Below the pieces are notes generated by a model. It did not search any database, was not told the DNA's origin, and saw only the letters and a program-made list of their open reading frames with translations. 64,000 nucleotides of DNA from Lama glama (taxonomy: Eukaryota), in the NCBI GenBank assembly GCA_028534125.1, contig CM052818.1:29018001-29082000 (forward strand). The letters run 5' to 3'. The position numbers and the translations under genes were made by a program. Positions 39,386-53,000 of the stretch are shown here, in pieces (the first letter of the stretch is position 1; each line of letters opens with the position of its first letter).

Positions 39386-42300
39386 AACAGTGCCTTTGCT
39401 GGGTACAGCCTATGACTTTGGAAACAGTTGTGTGGAGTTAGGTAATACCTTCCTCCTGCCACATCTATTGTATCCATTAGTTCACATGAGATGAGGTTAC
39501 ATCTAGGCAAAGCACTCTGGTGGTCACCACAACAATTTAACTGGAGAAAACTGGTGGAGGAAGGGGGGAAGTGAAAAGAGACAAATTGTGAAAAAAGGAA
39601 CCATCAGGACTAGAAAAAGAGAATCCACTGTGGGATGGGATATATCAAGTTTATAACTCATATAATTACTTAGAAATGAATATACTTTCTCAAGTTACTT
39701 ATATCTCCAGGTAATCATTTGTCCACTGAACCTTATGCCCTCAGTGGAGAATCACTATAAAAGAAAGCCTCAGTAGTAGGGTTTGGGGTTAGAAGGAAGC
39801 AGTTATCTTGATTATAGCACATGGATGTCACCTGAGCCTCTTACCCACTCACCTAGGAAATCAGTAATCCTCTGGAAAGACAGAAGTTGTAGTTATAACC
39901 TAAATAGGCACTCATGAAATCTACTTATAGCCAAGTAACCTGTTGCAACTTATGCTAAGTGATCAGAGAGGTAACCATTCCCCTGTGTTATCAGTTACAG
40001 TTAACTGGTTTTAAGCAACCAAAACTGGCTCTGGATATTTTAGCTGAAGAAGGAAAGCCAATCCACCTAAACCCAGGAAGGACAAAAAAGCAGAGTAACC
40101 CTGGGGACACTGTCAAAAATCTCACAGTTTCTTGGAGGCAGTATCATTGGGATAACAACAACCTTCCAACACTATGTCCCTCCATTCAAGGTGCAAATTT
40201 CCTAAAGACAGAGTCATTTATCCTAGCTTGGATCATGAGGACACCTGCAAGCCACATGTACACAAGGCACTGTGATTAACAATCTCACTGGACCAGACAG
40301 AAGAGGGAGGGATATGTCCACAAGTAGGATGAAGAGAGTGAGAAACTGGATAAGCATTAACAGCAGTCTACCACAACCCCTCTGGTGTAAACAGACTGCC
40401 AGGATGGTGCAGCAGTATCAGGACCAAGAAACTGTGTGTCTGGACCCTTGAAGGGAAGGAATCTGCACCAGAAGAAATTATCAAGCAGCATGGTGGCTGA
40501 AAAAGACCACCAATCTCAACAGGCAGGGTCCCAAGGCAGAGCAGCAACATCTCATCAGATTGCAAGCATCCTGGCAGCAACAGCATGACATAAACTAGTC
40601 CAGTAGCAAAAGGGAGCAAAGGGCCAGTTTGTGAGAACACAGAAGACCTCACCTAAGAACTAAGAAGTATATTAAAAGTGCAAAGACTTGAAGGAAAGGC
40701 TGAGGTCCTCCCATCAGTCAGGGAAGAGCCAATCATTTAGTAAAATTCAGGGACTAATACTGAGGCACATTTGACTAGAAAAATGTCAGGTTGACTCTTA
40801 GTTCTCTACTGTTCTTCAAGCACAGAAAGGAAAAGAACTGAATTCCAATGCCATGCTTATTCATGCATGGCTCTTACGGGGGGGGGGGGCACTGATGCTA
40901 ATAACAAGTAGGGAGCAGTTCTCTCTCCCTCCCTGACAGATGAGTATATAGAAGAGTAACTGACTCCATCAATAAGGCTGCCACATACAGGGCTCTCCGT
41001 ACTGAAGCGTGAAGGAAGGAAAATCAAGCAGTTCTCACATTCAAAATCCTTCCTCACCCTCAGTTCCGATGGGTATAATTTTTCAAAGACATACTGTGTC
41101 CATAAGTTAACTCAAAATGAAGAAGGGGTGGACCCTGCACTGAATCACACAGTAAGCTCATATCCTTGCCTCCCTCCAGCCATGTCTCTATACACACACA
41201 CACACTTCCATGCCCATAATACTTTAGTCTAAATAAACACCTAGAACAGGATTTAAAGAGAAAAAAATTAATTACAAAACCTGCAAATAGGGAATGAACA
41301 AAAAGCAAGAGGTCACATGTACATACCCACACACACATACACTCATAGTTTGCCTAAATGTGTTGATCAGCAAATTAGGAAGATGACAGAAAAAATAACT
41401 TCAGGTATTTTTAAAATATCAGTTAATTTAGTCTCCTTCTTGGCACCTGGGACCCTCTTAAATCAGTTCTGTGATTGTTGGCCCCAGTAAGACAGCTCCT
41501 AAAGAGCAAGCCTGGCTCATTGCAAACTCTGGGGGGCGGGGCTGCAGGAACAGGGCTCACATCTACATCTTTATTCAAGTTCTGTCTTAGTTTTGGAAGG
41601 TATAGTAAATAAAATTCTCATATTGCAGATGACAGATTGTTCCAAAGGAGCCACAAGCAAATAAATGTTTCATTGCTTCTTGCCTCCACCACAGAACGTT
41701 TGTGTAGACAATTTAGGGAATCTGCTTAACTTGGTTATTTATATATCCTGTCCTATACCAAAATCTTGTCAAACATAAGAGCATTTAAAAGCTTGTGAGC
41801 ACTGTTTAATACTAGCTCCGTATTACTAAAAGTATCGCATTAATTTCTAAAAATATTCTTCTATTTGATCCTAACATTACTTAATTAGGAATCTTTTACA
41901 TGGATGAAGACCTTAAACTCCACTTCAACTCTATATTTGGGTTTCACTGTTTACACAAACTTAGCTTCTATTTTGGGGGCACCTAAATATTTGCCCTAAT
42001 ATTATCTCTGCAGATCAGAAACTAACTTCTCCAGACTTTGAGAAGACCGTTGCTTCTGCCATGAATACTTTATAGAGGGCTTAGTTCTCAAGCTTCTGGA
42101 TATCAACCTTCAGAACCCTTGAGAGACCAAGGAAAGATAAGTTCAAAGATGAAAATTAGAACGTAAATCACATGAAATCCTAAGAGTTTCTCATTTAGAG
42201 GGGAAAAACAGGCAAATCATCCTGTTCATAAATTCTGGAAAAAAACAATGAAAAAGATTCTATACTACATAAGTTTTACATTGTTTTGCATCTTTCTTAT

Positions 42301-42691
42301 TGCTAGAGCTTTAAGTGCTAAGCAACAATATCTTCAATAAAAGTACATTTAGCCCATGAGAGTACTAATAATATATGTATTAAAAAGTAACATTTCATAA
42401 GAAACATACAGTTCCATTAGAACTGCACATTCTTTGAGTCCTTTATGCTTTCCAGCAGGATTTTGAAATGCCTTTATGATTATGGGGCTGTTATTGCTTG
42501 TTGTTTCACCAAATAAGGCTTCGTTGTTTCATAATTATTACTCAGAGATTTGATGGACCCACGTGGAGTTTGTTGTATTCTAACACAAAAATTTAGAATC
42601 TCATTTTAAATCACCAATAAACATAAATACAAAATTCTGCATTATGCAATACAAAAATACCTTTTCACAAAAGAATACAAAAGAAACAAGG

Positions 42692-42704
42692 GTTGCTAGG
42701 CAAC
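42692..42704. promoter_or_regulatory. RFX X-box motif
   Basis: GTTGCTAGGCAAC (reverse GTTGCCTAGCAAC) fits GTNRCC-N0-3-RGYAAC; lies in apparently unique sequence; function not shown. Confidence 0.5.
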
Positions 42705-43134
42705 CACCCAGCATAAGCTTTAGCATTCAAGGCAACAAAAAGACTACTGTACTGCCACCACCTGAAGGTTCTTGCTTAAAGCAAGAAAAGAAAACTGACA
42801 GTGAGGAGTTGAAATAGAGCTCAGAACCACTGCCATTCTCCCAAAATTGTATTTGAGCATGTTTTATCAATTTTAAATGTAGAATTAAACTGTTTCAACA
42901 ATCCAATAATACCTTGGTGAGAATTAGGTCTAGTGTCTGGAGTCCTGTGATATTTCTGCCCTTTCAAAGAGGCCAGCTGCAAGAGGAGTCTGAAGAGGGA
43001 ATCTCAAAAGGCTGAATGTCAGACAGAGCAACCACTGTATGAGAAGTAGAGCTCGCCAGACCACCACTCCATTACTGTGTCAAAAGCCCAGCACTGCAGG
43101 TATAAGGATTACAATCCTTTAGATCTGTGGTGCA

Positions 43135-43385
43135 GAGCAGTGTTTAGTTACATGCATAGTCTAGAGGCAAGCTGCCTGGTTTGAGTCCTGGCTGTATCAC
43201 TTAGTTGCCTTGTTTCCTCTGGAAAAATGCTTAATCCCCTGACCATTAGTTTCCTCATCTGCAAAAGGGGGGAAAACTTGCATATCACATGATATTCAAA
43301 TGTTAACTGAAAAAATGTATGTAAAGTCCTTTGCAGAGTTGCTGACATGTAACAGGTGCACAATAAATGTTTATATTATTGACAT
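43135..43385 (+). mobile_element. MIR SINE, near full length
   Basis: 'ctgcctggtttgagtcctggctgtatcactta', 'agtttcctcatctgcaaaagggg', 'gtgcacaataaatgtttatattatt'. Confidence 0.85.
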
Positions 43386-44119
43386 TATTATGAAGGTCAA
43401 TAATAAATAATGCTTCATCTCATTTATTTAATTAACTACATAGTCTCAGGGTACTTATTAACTAAATTTCTAGTGGAGGAATATTTCCTGCATACAATGT
43501 AATATAGGAATAAATGACACGGGGCAAGAACAAAGAAGTGGCACAAGATCAATGTGACAAAAGACCATCAAATGCAGATGTATGCCTTTCATTATCCTGC
43601 ATAACTTGAGGCCCTGTTATTATAGAAATGGTGATAAGGATAAACAGACCCCAAAACAGGATGGCCTATACATCTTGGTCCTATCTGAGTTCCTCACATT
43701 TATGTAAATCAAGCTACATGGAATTATGTACAACTCAGGTCACCATGGAATTTCAGATCTTTGGGCTACTATCTGAAGAAAGAATACATGTGAAACCATA
43801 AGGACAATTTCATCTATGGAAAACCAGGAACTACACTGGAGCTGGAGGTGTCTCTAAGGGCTCAGCCACAGGAGTTCATATATCCTAATTCCAGCTGGTG
43901 ACACCCTCCTGTGCTCTCTGGCCTGCTTCAAGTTTTTCCCTGTGTGCTCACAGCTTCTATTTTATGACATTAACTTCTACATGCCTCATGATGGTCTTGC
44001 TGGCCCCTTCTTCACAATGACTTTCAATCTCTTTCACAGACAATGATAATATACACTAGATTACCTAATTTAAAACCCAAATCAGAGATTCTGACCGCCG
44101 GCAAAAAGGTGAAAAGCAC

Positions 44120-44606
44120 TGTGGTGGACAAACACTGGGATACGCCACCCAGATTCCCTTCAAAAATAAAGGGATTTCTCCCCCTAACCGCTGCAGATGC
44201 TGCTGACAGACAGCCTCCAGCTGTCAGTCCCCCACAGAGATTGCCTCAGTTGAAGAGAGTTGCCTCATCCAAGGCAATGTCTCTTTCCTGAGCAGCTGGG
44301 ACTTAATGATAGATAAGATAAAGGCCTAGTCCTCTTGTCCTGATTCAGTACATTTCTAAAGGGTTATTCCAGGTCGACAACTCCCTATAGTATCTGCTGA
44401 GCCCTGCACTGAAACTGCATCACCATTTAACTGCTCCCTCTGCTGGCTTCTGCTTCCTTTCTTCCTTCCTTTCCTTCCCCTCTCCTGCCTCCCCTCTCCT
44501 ACTTTCCCCTCCCCTTCCTAAGATACAGATTTCAAGAGCACTCCTAAAAGATCTCCCTACACACTGATCATCTCTGAGTCTGTTTTTGGGAAACCGATCA
44601 GTGATA
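44120..44606 (+). mobile_element. ERVL solo LTR (LTR16-like)
   Basis: 'gctgctgacagacagcctccagctgtcag', 'ctgcatcaccatttaactgctccctctgc', 'caagagcactcctaaaag...tctctgagtctgtttttgggaaacc'. Confidence 0.75.
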
Positions 44607-45769
44607 TGAGCGTAACTCAGAAGTTGCACATGTCGTATCTTCAAGCCAAACTATCTAGGTTGTCAGCAGCCTACCAAAATACTATTTGCCCTAGATTAAA
44701 TGCCCACTTCTGATCGAATAAGCTATGACCCAGTGGCCAGGAAAATAAGGTTGTATACAGGAAACACCATTTTCAGAGTAGCAGAAGCCCTAGATTGAGG
44801 TTGTAGCTCTTAAAGGCGAAAGGGTTGACAGGTCTGGAACTTTATCTCATCAATCCAGCCTGGATCCATGGGTTTGGTTTGTCCCTTTATTTCCACAATC
44901 TACAGATTTCAGTCTGAGTCATTTTCTTTCCCAGCTATCACTGCCTCCTCTGCTTCTTGGAGATCCTTCCCTATGCAAAAATTTCTAAAATGAAAATATC
45001 TCCATTTTATTGCTATATAAAAATATTCACTTTTGAGTTTGAGGGGTTTACCACTAACCATGACAGGAAAACAAAGGAGATATGTAAAATAGCAAACATA
45101 ATTAATACATTAAGAAGGACTGTTGAAGAGATTTTTAGAAATTCAAGCTTGTGTTATTGCACCAATTAAAGATATCCCATGATACTTCTCAAAAAAAAAT
45201 TTAAATCCCTTCCTCCTCACATTAGTAATGACTGTATCTTTGTTAAGAACAAAGACGTTACTATTTTATTTAAAATGATGTGTGCTCATTATGAAAATTA
45301 AAGTAGTGCAAAAAGTCTAAGAAAGAAAGGAAAAAAACTACCTAAAATCCTACCATCCATAAATAGGCATAATTAACCTTATGTGAACATTATTCTAGTT
45401 GTCTGTCTATTCATATAAAAAAATCGATTGACTTCCATCCAAATGGAAACATAATATGTGTGCTAATTTAACTTTAAAAAATATTTAAATTTTATTTAAC
45501 CGAAAAAATGAACTTGACGTAATTCCTGAATATTAAATGTTTCTCCACTATAAAAATATTTTTAAAAAAATCTTAGGTCAAAAAGTGATTTTAAAAATCT
45601 TTAAATTGAAATAATTTCAATGTGTTTCAACTTTAGATGCTTCCAATGAACTGACTTCCTACTATAAATATGTGAAGAAGGGGGAAGAAGATCACAACAC
45701 CTTGTCTCTTTCTCCTCACTCCTTCAATCATATTACATCATTATTTTTATATCATCAAGTGAGATAAAA

Positions 45770-46220
45770 ACTGCTGTTTCTTCCCCAGTCACCATTTTCC
45801 CCTTTTCCAATTATAATACAAGTTTGAGCCAAGCATAAGACAACCTGGCTAAAGATTATATTTCCCTGCCTCCTTTGCAGGTAGGTGTGGCCATTTGACT
45901 AAATTCTGGGCAAGAAAATGTTGGAGAAAATGACAGAGAAGGAGCCTGGCCTCGCTTAGATCCCTTTTCCACCTTTCTACAGCCTGGAACACAGACAGGA
46001 TAGTGGCTGCTAAAGCATCCATGTGGGAATATGAGATGACAGACACATGCTGATGATGACAAAACAAAGGAGCCTCGGACCCCAATACTCCTGGCCACCG
46101 AACCTACCCTGGATTATCTACCCAGACTTTTATGAGAATGAAGTAACATTTCCATTTTATTTAAGCCAATTAATTTTAAGATCCCTTATTATAGCATTCT
46201 AACTGCAATCTAGCTAATAT
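45770..46220 (+). mobile_element. MaLR LTR (MLT1I/J-like)
   Basis: 'atttccctgcctcctttgcaggtaggtgtggccatttgactaaattctgg', 'ttttatttaagcca'. Confidence 0.7.
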
Positions 46221-46229
46221 GTCAACTAA

Positions 46230-47950
46230 TCCATCAATAGACTATATAATTATTGTCTATTCTAAAACCATAATTCCTAGAGTTAGTCTTTCTTCCATAT
46301 TCAAAAGCATTCAATGTTCACTGTTATATCCTTTTACCATTTCTGTCTCCATCCTAAATTCTGGGAGATTTCTTTTTTTTGTCTTTATTTCATTAGTTGG
46401 CTTGGTGGCAGATTAGCCTTCTATTGCTACTGTAACAAATTACCATAAACTTAGAGCTTAAAACAACACAAATTTGTTATCTTGACGTTCTGTACTTCAG
46501 AAGTGGATTGCACTGAGCTAAAGTCAAGGTGTCTCCAGGCCTGCATTCCTTCTGAAGGTTTTACAAAAGAATCTGTCTCCTTGTTTGTTACACGTTCTAG
46601 AAGCTCTCTTCATTCCTTGGCTCATGGCCTGTTCCTCCATCCTCAAAGCGAATAGTGTAGCACCTTTCAAGTATCTGTTGGATTCTTAACCTCCTATCTC
46701 TCCCTCTCTCTCACTTACAAGAAAACTTATAATTACGTTGGGACCAGCAGGTTAATCCATTGGGACCACTAGGTTAATCCAAGATAGTCTCCCTCTCTTA
46801 AGATCCTTAACTTAACTGCACGTACAAAGTCCTTTTTGCCATATAAGGTAATATAGTCACATATATCTCACATGTCCTGAGAATTAGGACATGAACATCT
46901 TGGTGGGAGGGGGGAATTATTCTGCCTATCACAGGTGGTTTTGTTTTGTTCTATTTCTTTAATCTCATCAAGTTGTTGTTTCTGGAAAGGGCCCATGACT
47001 GTTTTATTGCCTTAAGTATTTGATACACTATTGAGAATGAATGTTTCCTTTCCACTTGAAAACAACCTGTCTGAATGTTATTAGACCACTGGTTTTTAAA
47101 TATGGCCCTTACTGTTATACTAAAAAAAACTCTGAAGGAAGCATGTTATTTTTCTCTTGTATGTAATGTTCCTTTTCTACCTTAATTTGATACCTTAAGA
47201 ATTCTCTCTTTAGCTCTGAAGTTCAACCTAACCAGGCTATGTCTAGATGTCAATTGCTTTTTTTATTCCCCCAAAAGGATACAATAGCCTTTTTCAATTT
47301 ATCCATTCAGTTCTTTCTTTAGTTCATGGACCTTTCTTCTATTATATCAATCTCTGAATACATTTTCAGTTTCATCTGTTGGACTATGTATTACAGGATC
47401 ATCAATCATCTTTGCATTGGACTGTTTTTGTCTATCATTTTATATTTAATTGCTTAAATATCTCATTCTAATCCACATTCATTGTGGTTATCTCAAGCCT
47501 TTTCTCTATATCAGTATTTTTATTTTCACCTATGCTAGTCTGTGCCCTGATGTTTCTAATCACTTTTTTGGCTCTGTGATGTGTTGACTTGGTCCTCAAT
47601 TTGTCTTATTTGCTCCACAAAATCCTCATTATGTTATCTATCATCTCTACCCTAAGGTATTACATATGACTATCATTCCTGTTAAGTTGCTAAATAACAC
47701 AGGTACTTATGAGGACTTTTCTTTCATTCTGGGTCACAGTATCTCCCAGACTGAATTTTTCCTATTTTTGTTCATGCTTACTTTTATTGTTGCTGAAATT
47801 TGTTTTCATAGTTGCACTGTCATTTCTTCTCATACTATTCTTACTCAACCTGTGCTTCTTTGTCCCAATAATATTTCTCTGATACAGTGTGAGTTACTGT
47901 TTGTTTTCTTCCCTCAGCTATAGTTTGAGAGCTAGATATCTCATGCTCAA
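46230..47950 (-). mobile_element. Old L1/HAL1 ORF1-region relic, antisense, interrupted by MLT1D
   Basis: T-rich; 'ttctctctttagctctgaagttcaacctaaccaggctatgtctagatgt', 'catcaatcatctttgcattggactg'. Confidence 0.55.
46408..46933 (-). mobile_element. MaLR solo LTR (MLT1D-like)
   Basis: 'ctattgctactgtaacaaattaccataaacttagagcttaaaacaacacaaattt' ... 'attaggacatgaacatcttgg...attattctgcctatcaca'. Confidence 0.88.
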
Positions 47951-48236
47951 ACATAGACTGAGTCAGAGCCGGCAGGTAGTGGGACAAGTAAAAGAAAAGA
48001 GAGAACTCATCTGATGCTATGAACAGTCTCTTGAAGAATACATGAGCTCCATTCTCTTTTCTGAAAGTGTTCACGCCATTGATTTGGAAAAAGGGATTGA
48101 GGGACGTAAGATAGCCCATCACATACAATTAAGGGTACATCTGAGTTTTACAGGACTTAAATTGTATACAATTTGAGGGATTTTTTTTAAGGAAAATAAT
48201 ACAAAGTCATGGTATAAAATTAGATATGACCATGAA

Positions 48237-48351
48237 TTTTTTTTTTGGTGGGGGGTTGGGTTTATTTATTTTAGAGGAGGTACTGGGGATTGAACCCAGG
48301 ACCTCATGCATGCTAAGGATGTGCTCTAGCACTTGAGCAATATCCTACCCC
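48237..48351 (-). mobile_element. tRNA-derived SINE, vic-1-like (camelid)
   Basis: Minus strand GGGGTAGGATATTGCTCAAGTGCTAGAGCACATCCTTAGCATGCATGAGGTCCTGGGTTCAATCCCCAGTACCTCC + A-rich tail; Pol III A and B boxes recognisable. Confidence 0.85.
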
Positions 48352-48479
48352 ATTAATATCAATATCAATCTAATAGAAATACTAACCAGAGTTAAATATC
48401 CACTGGCATCTGCTGCCAGAAAATTCTCCCAGGATTCCTTATTTTCTTACACAGTGTAGGCTTTCCAAGTAAAGGGCAC

Positions 48480-49002
48480 TGACAAGGTTTGCTCAGGGAC
48501 GATATGATAGCAAATCTAGGATAGACAGTATCTCCTTCCCCAAAGACATTCCAGAACAGAAAGTCCCCCTTCTCTTCCCTGAGAATATTAGCATATGTTC
48601 CAGGGATATGAGTAATAGCTCTCTAGTGAAGAGGATGGACAGGTCATCAGCAACCCTGATAAAGTTTCCAAAATTTAGGATTTGTTTCCTGTAATGAAAA
48701 CCCACCGTATGTGCAGGCAGAATCTGGCCTTCATTTGCATCTCCCTGTGGGGAACTGGGTTGTGGGGAACTGATGCAAGATGTTGCTTGGCTATTTCTGC
48801 TGTAATAAACCATCTACATCTCTGACCCAAGGGTCTTGTGTTCATCTGTGTCTGTTTGTGTGAATGTATACACATATGCATATACATATATATACTATAC
48901 ACACACACATACAAAATAGATAGACAGACAGACAGACATCCTGTGGCAGGCTAACTTGTTAGTTTGCAAATAGGATAAAATCTTAGACCCTTCAGTTTCT
49001 GG
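48480..49002 (+). mobile_element. Old ERVL-class LTR (family uncertain)
   Basis: 'ctgtaataaaccatctacatctctgacccaagggtcttgtg' poly-A/R region; 3' 'gtggcaggctaacttgttagtttgcaaataggataaaatcttagacccttca'. Confidence 0.55.
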
Positions 49003-49914
49003 TTTAAAACCATTTCATGCAACATCATAGTTACTACTTAAATCTTGGAAATTTCTCTTTGCCTTTGAGATTTGGGTCCTTAAGAGATCAATTTCCTCAA
49101 AATTAAAAATCTGATCCAGTGTATAGCGTTTTTCAACAGTCAGTTTTAACACAGAAGGTGATATACTTATAATTTCTTCATCTGCACTCACAGATTTAAC
49201 AAAGGGCTTAGTGTTTTAGGAAGTGTACCAGTTCCTGAAAACTAAACTAGCTATGATTGGCACTCAAAGAAGAAACACAAAATTTAAAACTTTTTTCTTA
49301 GAGTTTTTATGTATTACCTAGGCTTTCTCTGTAATTGTGAGAATGTCGGCCCCTGATCACTTTGAAATACTAATATGTTGGGGGGAAAAATCACACATGA
49401 ACCCCCAAAATTTTCACTCTGCGTTAACAAATGTATATTTCTAAAATATGTCATAATAGAGAACATTGTGTTAGGAAAAATTCTCAATGTTGGGTTTGTT
49501 TGTTTTGTTTTGTTTTAGCATACTGGTTTAACCTAAGGAGCATAGGATCTAGTTTATGAGCTATACCCTGCTGCTCCAGAGTATTCACAATCTTTCTTTT
49601 GAGATCACTTTTTAGATTGATATTAGCTTGTTCTCCTTTCCTTATTTCGTTGCTACTTCAAACACTTTTTGCTGGGTTCTTTTGGTGGGGGGCAACAGGC
49701 AAAATTTTCTTGATGTGGTTCTCTTTCATGTTTCAAAAATAATTTTTCAGTAGCTAGTCATGATATAATATAGTGCAACATGAAAAACAACAGATTGAGA
49801 ATTAGGACACTGCTTTTTTAGTTTAGTTTTCTTCCAAGAACTAACTAGGTAGTCTTATGAACACAATGTTCAGAACTCCATCTAGAACATATGGATTGGA
49901 CTTAAATATCTTTT

Positions 49915-49990
49915 TTATGTGTGGTAGGAACACTAAACATGAGATCGACTCTAAGTGTACAATACAGCACTGTTGACTACAGGTACAATG
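49915..49990 (-). mobile_element. Very short antisense L1 3' UTR fragment
   Basis: 'gtggtaggaacactaaacatgagatc...aagtgtacaatacagcactgttgactacaggtacaatg'; TSD-like ttaaa(t/c)atctttt at 49902-49914 and 49991-50003. Confidence 0.6.
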
Positions 49991-50039
49991 TTAAACATCT
50001 TTTAAGTTCCTTATAGTTTGCAAATTCAATGATCCACAG

Positions 50040-53000
50040 AAAGACCATGTAGACACACATTTCCTATTCCTCCCATTAAGTACAACTAGAAATTCTGGAC
50101 ATTTTAAAACAAACATTAAGACTTTGAAATATGGAGAGAAGCAGGCAGCTCCTATGATCGGAGGAACAACTTGGTGGTGAGAATCTTGAGTTCTCTTTTT
50201 GCCACATATATCCCAGACTGGGTACTGAGAAGCTAGAAACCCAGAAATGTCAATGGTCACAAAAAATAGCCCCCAAAATAATCTGTTCTCTCTAGCCAAA
50301 GGACCAGGAAAGAGGCAGCAAAGTAAGACAAAACTTTTAGACAATAACTGCTCAAAAAACTGTGGTTCCACCTCCACTCTTGCCAGCAAAGGCCAAGTGG
50401 GGTTTTAGACTTCTGCCCTTGAAAGGAAGCAACAAAGCCAATACACAATACTCCTGCCAGGGTGGTGTCAAAAAAGGTCAGGAAGGGAAGTGGGACTTTC
50501 ATCCCCACCAGGTGGTAACTTGTACTCTCCTGTGGTATCAGGGGAGCCTGGACCTCCACCACTTCCTGACAGCAGTAAGGCATCCCTTGCCTTCCCCAGT
50601 AGGATAGCACCAGATTGGTCCTAGTGGAGAGTCGAGACTTTTACCACTGCCCCGTTGTAATGAGGCCACATTCCCAAGCCCTATGGAATCGGTGGAGGTC
50701 ATGTGGGGAGCAGTAACAAGATGCCCCTCCTCCTCCAAGCCAAGGAGATAACAGTAGAGACCTAAGAGGAGCTGGAACTCACATCCCTATCCAGCAATAA
50801 TGAGTCCTCCCATCTCAGCTGTCAACAGAGGTTGAATGAAGAAGCTGAACTTCTACCCACACCTGGCAGTAATGGGATGGTGTCCCCCAATTTTCTGCCC
50901 AAGCAGTGTCAGAGAAGTCAGCTAAAACAAAAGGCTTAAATAGAATCCAGAATCTTATATTACCCAAAATATCTAGGTTTCAATAAAAAATTATACATCA
51001 TGTGAAACAATTTAAAACTTTAATCAACAGATGCCAATCCCAAAATGACAGAGTTAAATTTATCTGACAAAGATGTTAAAGCAGCCATCTTAAAAATGTC
51101 TCAACAAGCAATTACAAAACACATTTGAAAAAAATGAAAAAAAACTCAACAAAGGAAGAGGAACTATAAAAGAGAAACAAATTAAAAATTTTACACAAAA
51201 AAAAATCAATAAGCAAAATAAAAAACTCAATGAATGGGCTAAACAGGAGAATAGAGAGGACAGAGGAAAGAATCAGCAAACAAAGTCAGACAATAGAAAT
51301 TACCCAATCTGAACAACAGAGAAAATACAGGCTAAACAAAATAAATGAGCAGAGGCTCAGAGAACTCTGGGACTAAAATAAAATCTAATATTTTTGTCAA
51401 CAGAAGGAGGCAGATAGAGTCTGGAACTGAAAAGTATTCAAAAACTTCCCTAATTTCACACAGGATATAAACCTACATATTCAAGAAGAGTTCAGTGCCC
51501 CACAAACAGAACATAGCCAAAAAAATCCACACCAAGACATATCATACTCAAGGGTCCAAAAGTTAAAAAAAAAAAAGTTTTAAAAACAGTGAGAGAGAAA
51601 TAACATCTTACCTATGATGAGAAAACAATTCAAAGGAGAGCAGGTATCTCATCACGAAAACTGGAAGGAAAGACAGTTTTCAACCACTTAAAAAACAAAA
51701 GAACTACCAACCCAGAATCTTAAATCCAACAAAAATATATTTTAGGAATGATGAGGAAAGGAGGCATTCTTAAATGAAGAAAAACTAAGAGAACGTGTTA
51801 GAAGCAGGTCAACTATAAAAGAATGTTTACAGTTCTCCAAGTACGAAGGAACTGAAGAAGGAAACTTGAACATCATGTAAGAAGACAGAACATGCTAAGC
51901 CAAAATATAATTAAAGCAACAGAATTCCCTGCTCCTGAGTTTTCTAAATTATGTATGATGAGTGAGGAAAATATTATAACATTGATGTGGTTCTGAATTT
52001 ATGTAGAAGAACTATTTCAGACAATTGTATCATTAATTGGGGAAAGCATAGGCGCATAAAGCGAACTAAGGTGTTTAGGCTTCACTCAATCTGACAAAAT
52101 GTTTAAACCAGTAATCTGTAATAAATTTTGTACATATAAAGTAACACCTACAGTAACTACTAAAAAAAGCTATACAAAGATATACACACAAAACACTTGA
52201 TTTATAGATAAGCCAAGATGTAATTCTACTATGAATAACCACATGGCAACAAACTGGACAATTTAGAAGAAATGGACAAGTTTCTAGAAACATATATTCC
52301 ACTAAAACTGAATCAAGAAGAAACAGATCACTTGAACAGACTAATCACTAAAAGTGAAATAGAATCAGATATAAAAAAACCTCCCTGGAAACACAAGTCC
52401 AGGACCAGATGGCTTGACTGGGGAATTCTACCAAACATACAAAGAACTCATATCCATTCTTCTCAAAATTTTTCAAAAGAATGAAGAGGAGGGAATACTC
52501 CCAAACTCATTCAATGAAGCCACCATACCCTGACACCAAAATCAGACAAAGACACTATCAAAAAAGAATATTAAAGGCCAATATCACTGATGAACATAGA
52601 TGTCAAAATCTTCAACAAGTATTAGCTAACAGAATCCAACAGCACATAAAAAAGATCATACACTATGATCAAGTTGGATTCATCTCAGGGACACAAGGAT
52701 GGTTCAACATATGCAAATCAATCAATGTAATACACCACATCAACATTAGAAAGAACAAAAATCACTTGATTATCTCAATAGATGCAGAAGAGGCATCTGA
52801 TAAAATTCAACACCCATTTATGGTAATAACTCTTACCAAAGTGGATATAGAGGGAACATACCTCAACATAATAATAGCTATTTATGACAAACCCACAGCC
52901 AGCATAATATTTAACAGTGAAAAATTGAAATCCTTCCTGCTAAAATCTGGACCAAGACAACGATGCCCACTCTCACCACCTCTATTCAACATAGTACTGG

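Noticed and set aside
40368..40652. Possible processed pseudogene
   Set aside because: No recognisable protein, poly-A tail or TSD
48274..48351. tRNA gene
   Set aside because: Degenerate stems plus an A-rich tail indicate a SINE
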